This document shows positions 61,473 through 64,000 of a stretch of DNA of 64,000 nt, in pieces. Each line of letters begins with the position of its first letter. Positions within the stretch are counted from its first letter, which is position 1. Where the stretch lies: assembly GCF_009914755.1 (NCBI RefSeq), contig NC_060927.1; one strand, written 5' to 3'. The notes beneath the pieces are model-generated. The model saw only the letters and a list, made by a program, of their open reading frames with translations. It had not been told where the DNA came from and did not search any database. This stretch comes from the human T2T-CHM13v2.0 reference genome, Homo sapiens. The translations under genes were made by a program, and so were the position numbers.

Positions 61473-61765
61473 GGCTGGGAGTGGTGGCTCAAGCCTTTAA
61501 TCCCAGTACTTTGGGAGGCAGAAGCAGGCAGATCACTTGAGGTCAGGAGTTCAAGATCAGCCTGGCCAATATGGCAAAACCCTGTCCTACTAAAAATCCA
61601 AAAATTAGCCAGGTGTGGTGGTACGCACCTGTAGTCCCAGCTACTCAGGAGCCTGAGGTAGGAGAATCACCTGAACCCAGGAGGTAGTGGAAGCCGCGGT
61701 GAGCCGAGATTGCATCACTGCACTCCAGCCTGGGTGACAGAATGAGACTCCATTTAAAAAAAAAG
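61473..61765 (+). mobile_element. Alu (S/J-like) in the L1 3'UTR
   Basis: Alu consensus. Confidence 0.94.
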
Positions 61766-62039
61766 ACAGAGAGAAAATCAAATACCTTATAAGTGGAAGT
61801 TAACCTTGGGTACACATGGACACAAAGATGGGCATACTAAACACTGGATATTCCAAAAGGGGAGTAGGGAGGGATAAAAGATTAAAAACCACCTATTGGT
61901 TATTGTGCTCAGTATTTGGGCTATGGGATCATTAGAACCCCAAACCTCAGTGTCAGCATCATGCAATATATCCATGTAACAAACCTGCACTTGTACTCCC
62001 TAAATCTAAAAACAAAACAACAACAAAAAACTTTATCAG

Positions 62040-63470
<1,431 letters not shown>

Positions 63471-63614
63471 ACTGAATTATTATTATTATTTTTAAATTTT
63501 TATTTCTATAGTTTTTGGGGGAACAAATGGTTTTTGGCTACATGGATACTTTTTTTAGTGGTGATTTCTGAGATTTTGGTGAACACATCACATGAGCTGT
63601 GTACACTGGACCTA

Positions 63615-63999
<385 letters not shown>

Positions 64000-64000
64000 C

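Larger units (their letters stand above)
59170..62030 (+). mobile_element. L1 (PA15-16/PB-type) with 5' inversion: minus piece ~59170-59663, plus piece ~59664-62030
   Basis: minus [11 protein letters not shown]...[19 protein letters not shown]; plus piece starts at the KVSGYKIN-equivalent and ends in an L1 3'UTR and A tail; TSD aaaaa(t/a)ctttatcag. Confidence 0.9.

Overview
Primate (human-like) intergenic or intronic DNA dominated by transposable elements. I found no intact host protein-coding gene, RNA gene or CRISPR array, and no convincing new biological system. Main structures: (1) a decayed HERV-IP/LTR10-related class I provirus (15085-21735; GGAA TSD, tRNA-Pro PBS, gag, RNase H-IN, env) missing most of protease and the RT core; (2) a MER50/HERV-FRD-family provirus (31019-37957; AAAG TSD, duplicated tRNA-His PBS, gag/RT remnants, syncytin-2-like env tail); (3) a miniature two-LTR ERVL (LTR16-type) provirus; (4) three retrocopies: CDK2AP1, RPL34 and a 3'UTR-only copy that resembles EIF4B; (5) a long CR1/L3 fossil with endonuclease and RT remnants; (6) a twin-primed, 5'-inverted L1; plus about 26 Alus, L1M, L2, MIR, MER5, MaLR/LTR33 pieces and microsatellites. 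Subfamily and parent-gene names come from recalled consensus sequences, not a database search; old-repeat boundaries are approximate.
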